Positions 1 to 8,411 of a stretch of 64,000 nucleotides of DNA are shown piece after piece. This DNA is from Candidatus Cloacimonadota bacterium (GTDB taxonomy: Bacteria; Cloacimonadota; Cloacimonadia; Cloacimonadales; Cloacimonadaceae), in NCBI GenBank assembly GCA_029565535.1, contig JAKQNZ010000168.1:4635-68634 (forward strand), written 5' to 3'. Numbering within the stretch: position 1 is the first letter of the stretch; each line of letters starts with the position of its first letter. The notes under the pieces were generated by a model. That model searched no databases, was not told the DNA's origin, and saw only the letters and a program-made list of their open reading frames with translations. The position numbers and the translations under genes were made by a program.

Positions 1-447
1 CAGGGAGAAATCGGACCCGTGATGCTGGGCCGGGATCATCACGACGTGTCGGGCACAGATTCGCCTTTCCGCGAGACGGCCAATATCACAGATGGCTCAA
101 ATGTGATGGCTGAAATGGCAACCCACTGTTTTGCCGGTAACATAGCCCGGGGAATGACCCTGGTTGTACTATCCAATGGTGGCGGAGTAGGAATAGGGCG
201 TAGCGTAAATGGCGGAAATGGCATCGTGCTGGATGGTAGCCCAGCCATGGATGAGGTAGTGAAGAAAGCACTATCCTGGGACGTGATGGGTGGAGTAGCC
301 CGCCGGGCCTGGGCCAGAAATACTGGAGCCATAACCACATGCCAAGCCTGGAATGAGAAACACAGCTCTGAAGGAGCCATCACTCTGGCCTCAGATATAG
401 ATTCTGAGATGATTGCAGATCTGGTAGACAAGGAATTTGGAGGCTGA
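1..447 (+). CDS. hutU: Urocanate hydratase, C-terminal fragment (5' end lies outside the window)
   Basis: Frame 1 is open from base 1. 'GRDHHDVSGTDSPFRETANITDGS' and 'NGGGVGIGRS' match the urocanase 'GRDHLD.GSVASPNRETE..DGS' and 'HGGGVGMG' blocks. Confidence 0.75.
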   Translation, partial: QGEIGPVMLGRDHHDVSGTDSPFRETANITDGSNVMAEMATHCFAGNIARGMTLVVLSNGGGVGIGRSVNGGNGIVLDGSPAMDEVVKKALSWDVMGGVARRAWARNTGAITTCQAWNEKHSSEGAITLASDIDSEMIADLVDKEFGG

Positions 448-449
448 GC

Positions 450-1808
450 ATGAGTACTCCTTTTAATCGGCTGATGAAGCAGGAGGGCATACCTGATGAG
501 GTGCTAAGAACCTTCAATGCTTATTACAGCAAGCTTGCCAAAGGGGAAAAGGGTATGTTGCCTGAATCAACGGTTCGTCCGCCCTCCCCGCAAAACCTGG
601 TGGATTATCACCAAGTGACCGACCTTGCTAGCAGCAAATACCTGAAAAGCACCCTGGTGATCAAGCTCAATGGAGGCCTGGGAACCAGCATGGGGCTATC
701 CAAAGCAAAATCACTGTTGCCGGTAAAGGGCAATCTCAACTTCCTTGATATCATCAGCCGACAGATACTTACTCTGCGCGCCAGTTCTGGTTATGACGTT
801 CTGCTGATGTTCATGAATAGCTTCAACACCGAGCAGGACACTCTTCAATACTTGAGCAAGTATCCTGATCTGGGACTGAAGGACTTTCCCCTTTCCTTTG
901 TGCAGAACAAGTTTCCCCGCATCAGGCAGGATAATCTTCTGCCATATGAAAATAAAGACAAAACCCAGATGTGGAACCCTCCAGGACATGGTGACCTCTA
1001 CACTGCCATTCAGCCTTTACTAAGTAAGCTTATCGCTGCGGGATACCGTTATGCATTCGTTTCCAATGCCGACAATCTGGGAGCAACGGTAGACTCCGCC
1101 ATCCCTGCTTATATGGAAAAGCACAAGGTACCTTTTCTTATGGAAGTTTGCCAACGCAGCCCCATGGACAAAAAGGGGGGTCATCTCTGCGAAGACACAA
1201 ACGGCCAGCTTATGCTGCGCGAGCTTGCTCAGTGTCCAGCTGAGGATTTGGATAGGTTTCAGGATATCGATTACTATCAATACTTCAATACCAACAATCT
1301 CTGGATAGACTTGCAAGCCTTGGAATGGCAGATTATTTCTGGAGATGGCCTGATGCTTTTACCGCTCATTGTCAATCCCAAAAACGTGGAAGGAACTCCT
1401 GTGTTTCAGTTGGAAACAGCTATGGGAGCGGCGATAAGCACTTTTGCCAATTCCCGGGCCCTTATCGTGCCCCGCCAGCGCTTTGCGCCAGTAAAAAAAA
1501 CCAATGATCTGCTTTGCATCTGGTCCGATGCCTATGAATTGAACGACCAGTATCAGATAGTGCTGAAGCGAAGCCTGGACAGAGCTCCGCTCATCGAGCT
1601 TGACGACCGGTATTATGGCAAGATTACCGATTTACAGACGCATTTCCCCTCCGGTGCACCCTCCTTATCTGCGTGCCGGGAACTGAAGATCATCGGCGAC
1701 ATAAGTTTTGGCGAAGACGTGATTTGCGAAGGAAGAGTAAATTTGAGCGCAGACAAACCCATAAAGCTATGCAACCGTCTGTTAACCGGCGACATGAAGC
1801 TGGAATAA
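450..1808 (+). CDS. UTP--glucose-1-phosphate uridylyltransferase, UDPGP (eukaryote-type) family
   Basis: 'VIKLNGGLGTSMGL' nucleotide-binding loop, 'NPPGHGD', 'FVSNADNLGA', size about 450 aa. GGAGG lies 6 nt upstream of the ATG. Confidence 0.7.
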   Translation: MSTPFNRLMKQEGIPDEVLRTFNAYYSKLAKGEKGMLPESTVRPPSPQNLVDYHQVTDLASSKYLKSTLVIKLNGGLGTSMGLSKAKSLLPVKGNLNFLDIISRQILTLRASSGYDVLLMFMNSFNTEQDTLQYLSKYPDLGLKDFPLSFVQNKFPRIRQDNLLPYENKDKTQMWNPPGHGDLYTAIQPLLSKLIAAGYRYAFVSNADNLGATVDSAIPAYMEKHKVPFLMEVCQRSPMDKKGGHLCEDTNGQLMLRELAQCPAEDLDRFQDIDYYQYFNTNNLWIDLQALEWQIISGDGLMLLPLIVNPKNVEGTPVFQLETAMGAAISTFANSRALIVPRQRFAPVKKTNDLLCIWSDAYELNDQYQIVLKRSLDRAPLIELDDRYYGKITDLQTHFPSGAPSLSACRELKIIGDISFGEDVICEGRVNLSADKPIKLCNRLLTGDMKLE

Positions 1809-1827
1809 TGAATAATAAGGGGTAGAT

Positions 1828-3060
1828 ATGGTTTCCAAAGCCACCAAGATCAGACTGGGGATATTCATAGCCATAGGCTCATTGCTGATTATTGTTTTTG
1901 CCGCGGCGGTAGCAGGCAGCAGGCTGGTTCAGAAGCGGGATATCTATTACATCCAGTTCGAAAATTACTCGGTTAGCGGTTTGCAGATCGGTGGTGCGGT
2001 TAACTACCAGGGTATCAAGGTCGGGAGGGTGGAAAACATTCGGATTAACCCCAAGGATGTCACCAAGATTATCATCACTATCAGCGTTGATGCAGACACC
2101 CCGATCAAAAAAGACACAGAAGCAGTCCTTACCCTGGTGGGTATCACAGGTCTCAAATCCGTAGAAATCCGGGGAGGAACCAATGAATCAGCTTTACTGC
2201 CCAAGAAAAGCTACATCAAAGCTGGAGTCTCGATGTTTGACGATATCAGCGACCGGGCGATATCGATTGCTGAAAAGATAGACCTGATCGCAACAAATCT
2301 AAGCCAACTAACCAGCAGCGAGAACCAGAAAAACATTGCCAGCATCCTTGCCCAAACCAGTTTGCTGATCACCGATACCCGCGAAAACATGGCCACTACC
2401 CTGGTCAGCCTCAGCCGCATAGCAAATAATACCGCTGATCTGACTACCGATCTCAGCCGTAATCTGGACAGGATTACCGACAACCTGAACAGAAACATGG
2501 ATAGCATCACTCAGAGCACCACCAGCGGAATAGACAGTCTTTCGTTAAGCAGCCGGAAAAGCCTGGAAACCGTTACCCACAGCCTTACCAAAGAACTTAC
2601 AACTATCACTGCCAATCTCGACAAGCAGCTTACTCAGATCGCCAATCAGAGCAACGCCCTGATCGAGGATGCCCGACTGCAGTTAAACACAGTTGGTGGC
2701 CATACAGACCAGATGGTGCTGGAAGCGACAAAACAGATCACCACTCTCAGCTCCAGTTTGAATGGCTCGTTGCAGCAGATAAACCTGTTGCTCAATTCAC
2801 CTGAGTTTGTAAAATTAATGCAAAATCTGTCCACCCTTTCCGGCCAGTTGGCCGATGCTAATCTCTCAAATATGGTTGTTGAACTCAGCTCAACCATTCA
2901 GAAGGCTGGAATCCTGGCCTCCAATCTCAATAGAGTGGTTGTGCGTGGACAAAGCAATCTGCTCGACACCCTTGATTCGCTGGCGGAAACCAGCGAAAAT
3001 TTAAGCGAATTTTCCCGACAGATAGCCGATAACCCCACCATTCTCTTGCGGGGAAACTAA
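1828..3060 (+). CDS. MCE/MlaD-family protein: N-terminal TM helix, one MCE domain, then about 280 aa of low-complexity helical extension
   Basis: 'GLQIGGAVNYQGIKVGRVENIRINPKD' MCE core and an N-terminal hydrophobic anchor. Sits in an operon with MlaE/MlaF homologues. Confidence 0.75.
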   Translation: MVSKATKIRLGIFIAIGSLLIIVFAAAVAGSRLVQKRDIYYIQFENYSVSGLQIGGAVNYQGIKVGRVENIRINPKDVTKIIITISVDADTPIKKDTEAVLTLVGITGLKSVEIRGGTNESALLPKKSYIKAGVSMFDDISDRAISIAEKIDLIATNLSQLTSSENQKNIASILAQTSLLITDTRENMATTLVSLSRIANNTADLTTDLSRNLDRITDNLNRNMDSITQSTTSGIDSLSLSSRKSLETVTHSLTKELTTITANLDKQLTQIANQSNALIEDARLQLNTVGGHTDQMVLEATKQITTLSSSLNGSLQQINLLLNSPEFVKLMQNLSTLSGQLADANLSNMVVELSSTIQKAGILASNLNRVVVRGQSNLLDTLDSLAETSENLSEFSRQIADNPTILLRGN

Positions 3061-3069
3061 GGAGGAACG

Positions 3070-5265
3070 ATGATCAGAAAACGCACACTGTTGTACTTGT
3101 TTGGCTTGATGCTGGTTTTTTTGGCACTTAGCGGATGTCTGGGCAGGGTTCGGCGCCCCGTCGCAAATTATTATGTGCTCGATTATCAGAAAAACTCCGA
3201 AGATCCCAAGCTGATCAGACCAACCAACACTGGTAAGATTCTGGAAGTCTCAAGCAGCTTTCTGCCAAAGACTTATGATCGCAATCAGATAGTTGTAAAA
3301 GAGCATTTCTACCGGGTGAAATTCATGCAGGATGAGCTGTGGGCAGACAAACTGCGAAACGCCATACCAAACCTCATCGCTCAGAGGCTTCGGGCTTATA
3401 ATATCTTTGGCAGCGTTACCAGGGGAGAGCAGCTATCCAAGGACCCAAATTTTTACCTGGAAACCAATATTCTGAATATCGAGAAAGTGGAGAGTGCTAC
3501 TCCTCAAGCCTATCTGAATATGGAGTTCATTCTCAGAGACTCCACCAACACCAGAATCATCCTAACGCATCGTAATCAACGTTCCACAGACCTGGTCGAT
3601 CCCAGCATGATCTCCCTGGTACAGGCATTCAACGAGATGCTGATGGAAGAGACCAATATCTTTGCCGCCAAATGTCTGCGTTATTTCTCCGGGACTTTGC
3701 AGCCTGAAAGAAGCTCTGCCCCCACAGCCAGCCACTTGGATAACTATATCTTCGAAAAAATGGAACAGCGCGACGAACAGGTTAGCTGGGGTGAGCTGAT
3801 GGTAAATACCAAAACTGAGACCTCCGACGAAATAGCCTATACGATTGTCGGTTTGGACAGTCTGAACAACGAGATCAGCCGCGATGAATGGATCATGGGC
3901 AAGGGCGCTCCTCTGAAACCCGGGCGCTATAAGGTAATCCTGGGCGATTTTGGCGAGATAAGCCTGCCCGTCGAGATAAAACCCAGGCAACGCAGCGTGT
4001 TGACCCCCACCTGGGGGGAGCTGAAAGTCGTCATCATGAATAACGCAAAGACACGCATCAGGCTCGGTTACGATATCTGGAAGAAAAAAGCCGATGATCA
4101 GGGCTATTTCCAGTACAGCACAGGTATGTTCAGTTTGGGCGACGACGAAATTGGCGGGGTGGACAAGCTGTGGTTATTGGCTCCCGGCCCCTATTTGGTA
4201 AAGCTGGGAGGCGGGCATTGGAGCGATCTGCAGAATTTTGCCACTGTCTCGCTTGCGCCAGGAGAAATGAAAACCTTTGTCATGATTGCCGATACCAATC
4301 CAATATCGTCTTCTGACATCCTGATCGGGGCCGGGGTTTTTGCCGATGATGATATCGGATTGGGTTCCAAACGCTGGCACAAAGGCTATGTACACTGGGA
4401 TTTCTCCCTTTTTGCCGATAACAAGCTGGAAGAAAATAAAACCACTTCCAGTTTGGATCTGAAGGCTGAATTCGTGAACAACATCGATCTACATGAGGGT
4501 ATCAGGCCTTTTCATTTCACTACCCGAAGCAGCTATGATCTGGGACTGAATCTAGCCAGTGGACGCGGTTTTAACTTTAGTCAGGACAGCTATTCTCTTA
4601 AAAGCGTCTTACTCCTCTATCCTCTGGAAAACAAAGCATTTTTCAAGAATTTCGCCTTCTACGGAAGAACGGATATTGACACTCACTTCTTCGATAAAAC
4701 CACTTTCTTCTCCGGTATGAAGAACATCAAACTTCTGGACAGCAACCAAAACCTATTGTCAACAATCGACAGTGTATCTGAACTGAAAACCCAAATCGCT
4801 TTCTATCCCTTTTCGTTAAGAAACGGAACCGGCCTCACCTATCGTATCAAACTGGGTAAAAACAATTTACTTAGCCTAAGGGGTGGTTATGGCTGGCAGC
4901 AGGATTATAACCAAAGAAGCTTCGTCGTTTCTGACTCAGTCTCCCTGGCAAAAGATGGCGTAGCAACTACCTATGACTACTACGTTGAGCAAATAGACCG
5001 TAGATCTAGAGGCCTGGAAAGCACTGTGATCCTGTCGGTGATGAACCTGCTGAATTTCCTGAGCATTAATTCCTCTGTGGATGTCCTCTTCCCCATGGGA
5101 CTGGAAGAAAAAGACTACCTGCTGAAAAACGAGAACAGCCTGAATATACGCATCTATAGAAACTTGTCGGTAGATATGAAACTGAACATCAAATACGACA
5201 GAGCGGTTAAAGACTGGATGGTTTATGATACCAGTTCAAACCTGCGTTTGTCCTTGTATTACTAA
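3070..5265 (+). CDS. Lipoprotein with an N-terminal PqiC/YmbA-like (DUF330, ABC-transport auxiliary) domain fused to about 500 aa of beta-rich, barrel-like sequence
   Basis: Lipobox 'LSGC' followed by 'NYYVLDY' (compare PqiC 'NYYQL'), and 'ELWADKLRNAIPNLIAQRL' (compare PqiC 'LWASPLDQQLRNTLVANL'). The C-terminus 'LRLSLYY' ends in an aromatic residue, as outer-membrane barrels do. GGAGG RBS present. Confidence 0.5.
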   Translation: MIRKRTLLYLFGLMLVFLALSGCLGRVRRPVANYYVLDYQKNSEDPKLIRPTNTGKILEVSSSFLPKTYDRNQIVVKEHFYRVKFMQDELWADKLRNAIPNLIAQRLRAYNIFGSVTRGEQLSKDPNFYLETNILNIEKVESATPQAYLNMEFILRDSTNTRIILTHRNQRSTDLVDPSMISLVQAFNEMLMEETNIFAAKCLRYFSGTLQPERSSAPTASHLDNYIFEKMEQRDEQVSWGELMVNTKTETSDEIAYTIVGLDSLNNEISRDEWIMGKGAPLKPGRYKVILGDFGEISLPVEIKPRQRSVLTPTWGELKVVIMNNAKTRIRLGYDIWKKKADDQGYFQYSTGMFSLGDDEIGGVDKLWLLAPGPYLVKLGGGHWSDLQNFATVSLAPGEMKTFVMIADTNPISSSDILIGAGVFADDDIGLGSKRWHKGYVHWDFSLFADNKLEENKTTSSLDLKAEFVNNIDLHEGIRPFHFTTRSSYDLGLNLASGRGFNFSQDSYSLKSVLLLYPLENKAFFKNFAFYGRTDIDTHFFDKTTFFSGMKNIKLLDSNQNLLSTIDSVSELKTQIAFYPFSLRNGTGLTYRIKLGKNNLLSLRGGYGWQQDYNQRSFVVSDSVSLAKDGVATTYDYYVEQIDRRSRGLESTVILSVMNLLNFLSINSSVDVLFPMGLEEKDYLLKNENSLNIRIYRNLSVDMKLNIKYDRAVKDWMVYDTSSNLRLSLYY

Positions 5266-5268
5266 AGA

Positions 5269-6351
5269 GTGAAAATGCGCTGGGAATACCGGGGAAATAC
5301 CCTTATCCTTGGTGGTGGACTTACTTACCGCACTATCCCCGCGGCATATCACAGCGTATTCCAATCGCTAAAACGCCATAAACCATCTGAGATAGACCTC
5401 GGTGAAGTGGAGACCATCGATAGTGCTGGCGTGGCTTTCCTGGACGAGATTCATACCCGCCTGGCCAGCAAGGGCATCTTGCTCTTCAAAGGAGCAAGAC
5501 CAGAGGTGCAGGCCGTCATCGATACCTTCAGCTCCATCAAGTTGCCTGTGCCTATTCCTCAAAGGAGCATGGGCTGGTTTGAAAAATTGGGGGACGATGC
5601 ATTAAACGCCGGTCAAAACATCTACCAATGCCTGCTCCTGGCCTCGGAAATCTATTATTTTTCGTTGGTTGGCCTCATCAGCCGCAAAGGCCAGCGCAAG
5701 GGTTCATTTGTCCAGCAGGCAGTGCTCCTGGGCTCGCAAGCCTTGCCAATAGTTGCTCTTCTATCGTTCATCATTGGCTTTATCCTGTCTCTGCAATCCG
5801 CAGTGCAACTGAAAAATTTCGGAGCTAACGTCTTCATCGCCGACCTCTTGGCAGTTACCATGGTACGTGAGATGGGGCCTATGATGACGGCCATAATCGT
5901 AGCGGGACGCAGTGGTTCGGCCATCGCTTCCGAAATCGCCACCATGCAGGTCACTGAGGAAATCGACGCACTTAGAATGATGGCTCTGAATCCCATCCGT
6001 TATGTAGTTGTGCCAAAGTTTCATGCCATTTCGCTGGTAATGCCCTTGCTGGTTGCTTTTTCCATTCTCGTGGGAGAAATCGGCGGGGGCCTGATCGCCA
6101 TTGGATATCTGGATGTTAGCTTGCCAACCTTTGTTCAGCGTTCCATCGAGATTACGACACTCAAAGACCTCGTGGTGAGCTTTGGAAAAAGCACCGTTTT
6201 CGCCTGGACGATAGTGATCATCGGTTCCTTTTTCGGATTCCAGGTGAAAGGTGGAGCGGAGGGAGTTGGCAAGGCAACTACCGCATCCGTGGTGGCTTCC
6301 ATCTTTGCCGTAATCGTCCTGGACGCCATTTTCAGTTTGTTATACCTATGA
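5269..6351 (+). CDS. mlaE: MlaE-type ABC permease with a fused N-terminal STAS (MlaB-like) domain. Start could be GTG 5269 or ATG 5275.
   Basis: The N-terminal ~95 aa include 'IDLGEVETIDSAGVAFLDEI', which is STAS-like. The rest is a multi-TM MlaE-like region ('REMGPMMTAIIVAGRSGSAIASEIATMQVTEEIDALRMM'). Confidence 0.8.
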   Translation: MKMRWEYRGNTLILGGGLTYRTIPAAYHSVFQSLKRHKPSEIDLGEVETIDSAGVAFLDEIHTRLASKGILLFKGARPEVQAVIDTFSSIKLPVPIPQRSMGWFEKLGDDALNAGQNIYQCLLLASEIYYFSLVGLISRKGQRKGSFVQQAVLLGSQALPIVALLSFIIGFILSLQSAVQLKNFGANVFIADLLAVTMVREMGPMMTAIIVAGRSGSAIASEIATMQVTEEIDALRMMALNPIRYVVVPKFHAISLVMPLLVAFSILVGEIGGGLIAIGYLDVSLPTFVQRSIEITTLKDLVVSFGKSTVFAWTIVIIGSFFGFQVKGGAEGVGKATTASVVASIFAVIVLDAIFSLLYL

Positions 6352-7088
6352 GTCAAGCCCTGATCAGCGTACGAAACCTGGTGGCCAAATATGGCGAAAG
6401 AACCATTCTGAACGACATCTCGGTGGATATCATGCCTGGCGAGGTTACAGTAATCCTGGGGGGCAGCGGCTGTGGTAAAACCACGCTGCTGAAGAATATC
6501 CTTCGCTTGCAGGAGCCTTTTTCCGGCAGTGTGAAATTTTGGGGAGATGAAGTGCTGCAGATGGACGAACCCAGTTTTTCGGGTATCCTGAAGCGTGTGG
6601 GAATGCTCTTTCAGAATGGCGCTCTGCTAAATTCCATCTCCGTCTATGAAAACATCAGCATTCCCCTGGAATTGCATACAAAGCTGCCAGAGGAGATCAG
6701 AGACCGGATTATCAGGGTAAAGCTAAGCCTGGTCCGCCTGGCTGAAGCTATCTACAAATACCCCAGCGAACTCAGCGGGGGCATGAAAAAACGCGCTGCC
6801 CTGGCCAGAGCTTTAGCCTTGGACCCAGAGATTCTCTTCTGCGACGAACCTTCCGCAGGACTGGATCCCCTCACTTCTGCAGCTTTGGATGAATTAATTC
6901 TGGACCTTCGCAAACAGCTAAAAATGACTATTGTGATCGTTACCCACGAGCTCGCTTCCATCCATCGCATCGCCGACCGGATAATCTTTTTGGACGGCGG
7001 AAAAATGCTCTTCAATGGTACTCTGGAAGCTGCTCTAAAGGCTGGCATCCCCGAAATTGACACCTTCTTCAGGGTAGGCCGCTTTTGA
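6348..7088 (+). CDS. mlaF: MlaF-type ABC transporter ATP-binding protein
   Basis: Walker A 'GGSGCGKTT', signature 'LSGGMKKRAALARAL', Walker B 'ILFCDEP'. ATGA overlap with the permease gene. Confidence 0.85.
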   Translation: MSQALISVRNLVAKYGERTILNDISVDIMPGEVTVILGGSGCGKTTLLKNILRLQEPFSGSVKFWGDEVLQMDEPSFSGILKRVGMLFQNGALLNSISVYENISIPLELHTKLPEEIRDRIIRVKLSLVRLAEAIYKYPSELSGGMKKRAALARALALDPEILFCDEPSAGLDPLTSAALDELILDLRKQLKMTIVIVTHELASIHRIADRIIFLDGGKMLFNGTLEAALKAGIPEIDTFFRVGRF

Positions 7089-7567
7089 TGATCTCACTGA
7101 TAGCAGCTATGGATAGAAACAGGCTGATCGGCGCAAGCGGTAAGCTGCCTTGGCAGATCAAAGAAGACCTCGCCTGGTTCAAACGCCAGACCCTGGGACA
7201 TCCTGTAATAATGGGCAGAAGAACTTGGCTTTCCTTGGGTAAAGCGCTCCCTGGCCGGAGAAATATCGTCCTGAGCAGGGACTCTGGTTGGGCAAGCCCG
7301 GGAGCGGAAATCGCTCCAGACATTCCAAGTGCAATTGCTTTATGCCAGGAAGAAGATGCCTTTGTAATTGGCGGTGCCAAGGTTTTTAACCTGTTTATGC
7401 CCTTGGCTGAGCGCTTGCTGATTACCCATATAGAAGCAGAATTTGAGGGCGACACCTACTTTCCGCCTTTTCCCGAAGAGCTCTGGCAGGTGCATAGCTG
7501 CGAGGAAATATTCAGTTCCCAAGGAATTACGCTTCGCTTCGTTATCTATTACAAGATTGTAGTTTAG
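7088..7567 (+). CDS. folA: Dihydrofolate reductase
   Basis: 'MISLIAAMDRNRLIGASGKLPW...VIMGRRTWLSLGKALPGRRNIVLS' is the classic DHFR N-terminus. The ATG overlaps the mlaF TGA (TGATG). Confidence 0.9.
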   Translation: MISLIAAMDRNRLIGASGKLPWQIKEDLAWFKRQTLGHPVIMGRRTWLSLGKALPGRRNIVLSRDSGWASPGAEIAPDIPSAIALCQEEDAFVIGGAKVFNLFMPLAERLLITHIEAEFEGDTYFPPFPEELWQVHSCEEIFSSQGITLRFVIYYKIVV

Positions 7568-7599
7568 CCTGGTACAAGCTGGCCTCGCAGATGCCCGCC

Positions 7600-7696
7600 G
7601 AGATCCTCCCCACTTCCACCCTTGTCCCATTGCCGAGGAATTCGGGTGGAATTCGGGTGGGATTCGGGTGAAACTGCAGGGGCAAGCAAGGAAGGC
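7600..7696. repeat. Dispersed repeat family, copy A. Contains 3 direct 'ATTCGGGTG' motifs and ends in 'GCAAGCAAGGAAGG'.
   Basis: Read directly. Three direct 'attcgggtg' copies at 7639-7670. The 3' end matches the copies at 38.9 kb and 61.2 kb. Lies between the convergent folA and cobB genes. Confidence 0.5.
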
Positions 7697-7697
7697 T

Positions 7698-8411
7698 TTA
7701 GTTTTGATACCACTCAGCTAAAAGCTTCGGCAATACCTCTCCGGATTTTCCCTGAAAAAAATGATCGATGAAACCCAGATTATCGGGCTTATCGAGGTTT
7801 ATGGCAAGGGTTTGAGCTCCCATAAGTTTTGCGCTCATTACAAAGCCTGCGGCCGGATACACAGCACCGCTGGTTCCAACTACCAGAAAGATTTCACAGA
7901 CCTTGAGGGCTTCTTCGATTTCGGGCAGAAAGTAAGGAACTTCGCCAAACCAAACAATGTCTGGCCGTAGTAAACCCTTGCAGGCAGGGCAGCCAGGCAA
8001 GTCTTCTGAGAGATTGATCTCCCGTAATGAGTATCCTGCTTCGCAGTTTGTGCAGTAGCAGTGGTTTAGGCTGCCATGCATCTCCCAAACTCTCCGATTA
8101 CCTGCCTTATAGTGAAGTCCATCAACATTCTGCGTTATAAGATTGAAATTATTCCCCAGCTTCTGTTCCAGTTCGGCCAGAGCCAGATGAGCCGTATTGG
8201 GAGTGGCAAGCTGGGCATCTTCCCAGCGTTTTTTATAAAAACTCCATACCAGTCGTGGATCACGCCTAAAACCCAAGGGAGATGCCACATCTTCCACGCG
8301 GTGGTTCTCCCACAAACCACCGCTGTCCCGGAAGGTGCGAATGCCTGACTCGGCGCTGATGCCAGCGCCAGTCAGGACAAGAACATTGGTATGGGGACGG
8401 ATTGAGATCAC
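7698..8411 (-). CDS. cobB: NAD-dependent protein deacylase (class III sirtuin, CobB type)
   Basis: 'GAGISAESGIRTFRDSGGLWE', 'QNVDGLH', Zn ribbon 'CTNC...CPAC'. The GTG start overlaps the stop of the upstream peptidase gene (GTGA). Confidence 0.9.
   Translation of the reverse strand: MISIRPHTNVLVLTGAGISAESGIRTFRDSGGLWENHRVEDVASPLGFRRDPRLVWSFYKKRWEDAQLATPNTAHLALAELEQKLGNNFNLITQNVDGLHYKAGNRRVWEMHGSLNHCYCTNCEAGYSLREINLSEDLPGCPACKGLLRPDIVWFGEVPYFLPEIEEALKVCEIFLVVGTSGAVYPAAGFVMSAKLMGAQTLAINLDKPDNLGFIDHFFQGKSGEVLPKLLAEWYQN

Noticed and set aside
7698-8411. The Sir2-domain protein as a possible anti-phage (Thoeris / DSR / SIR2-HerA-type) effector.
   Set aside because: - It has canonical CobB architecture: 237 aa, the 'GAGISAESGIRTFR' motif, a Zn ribbon, and no extra sensor or effector domains.
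- No partner defence genes are adjacent.
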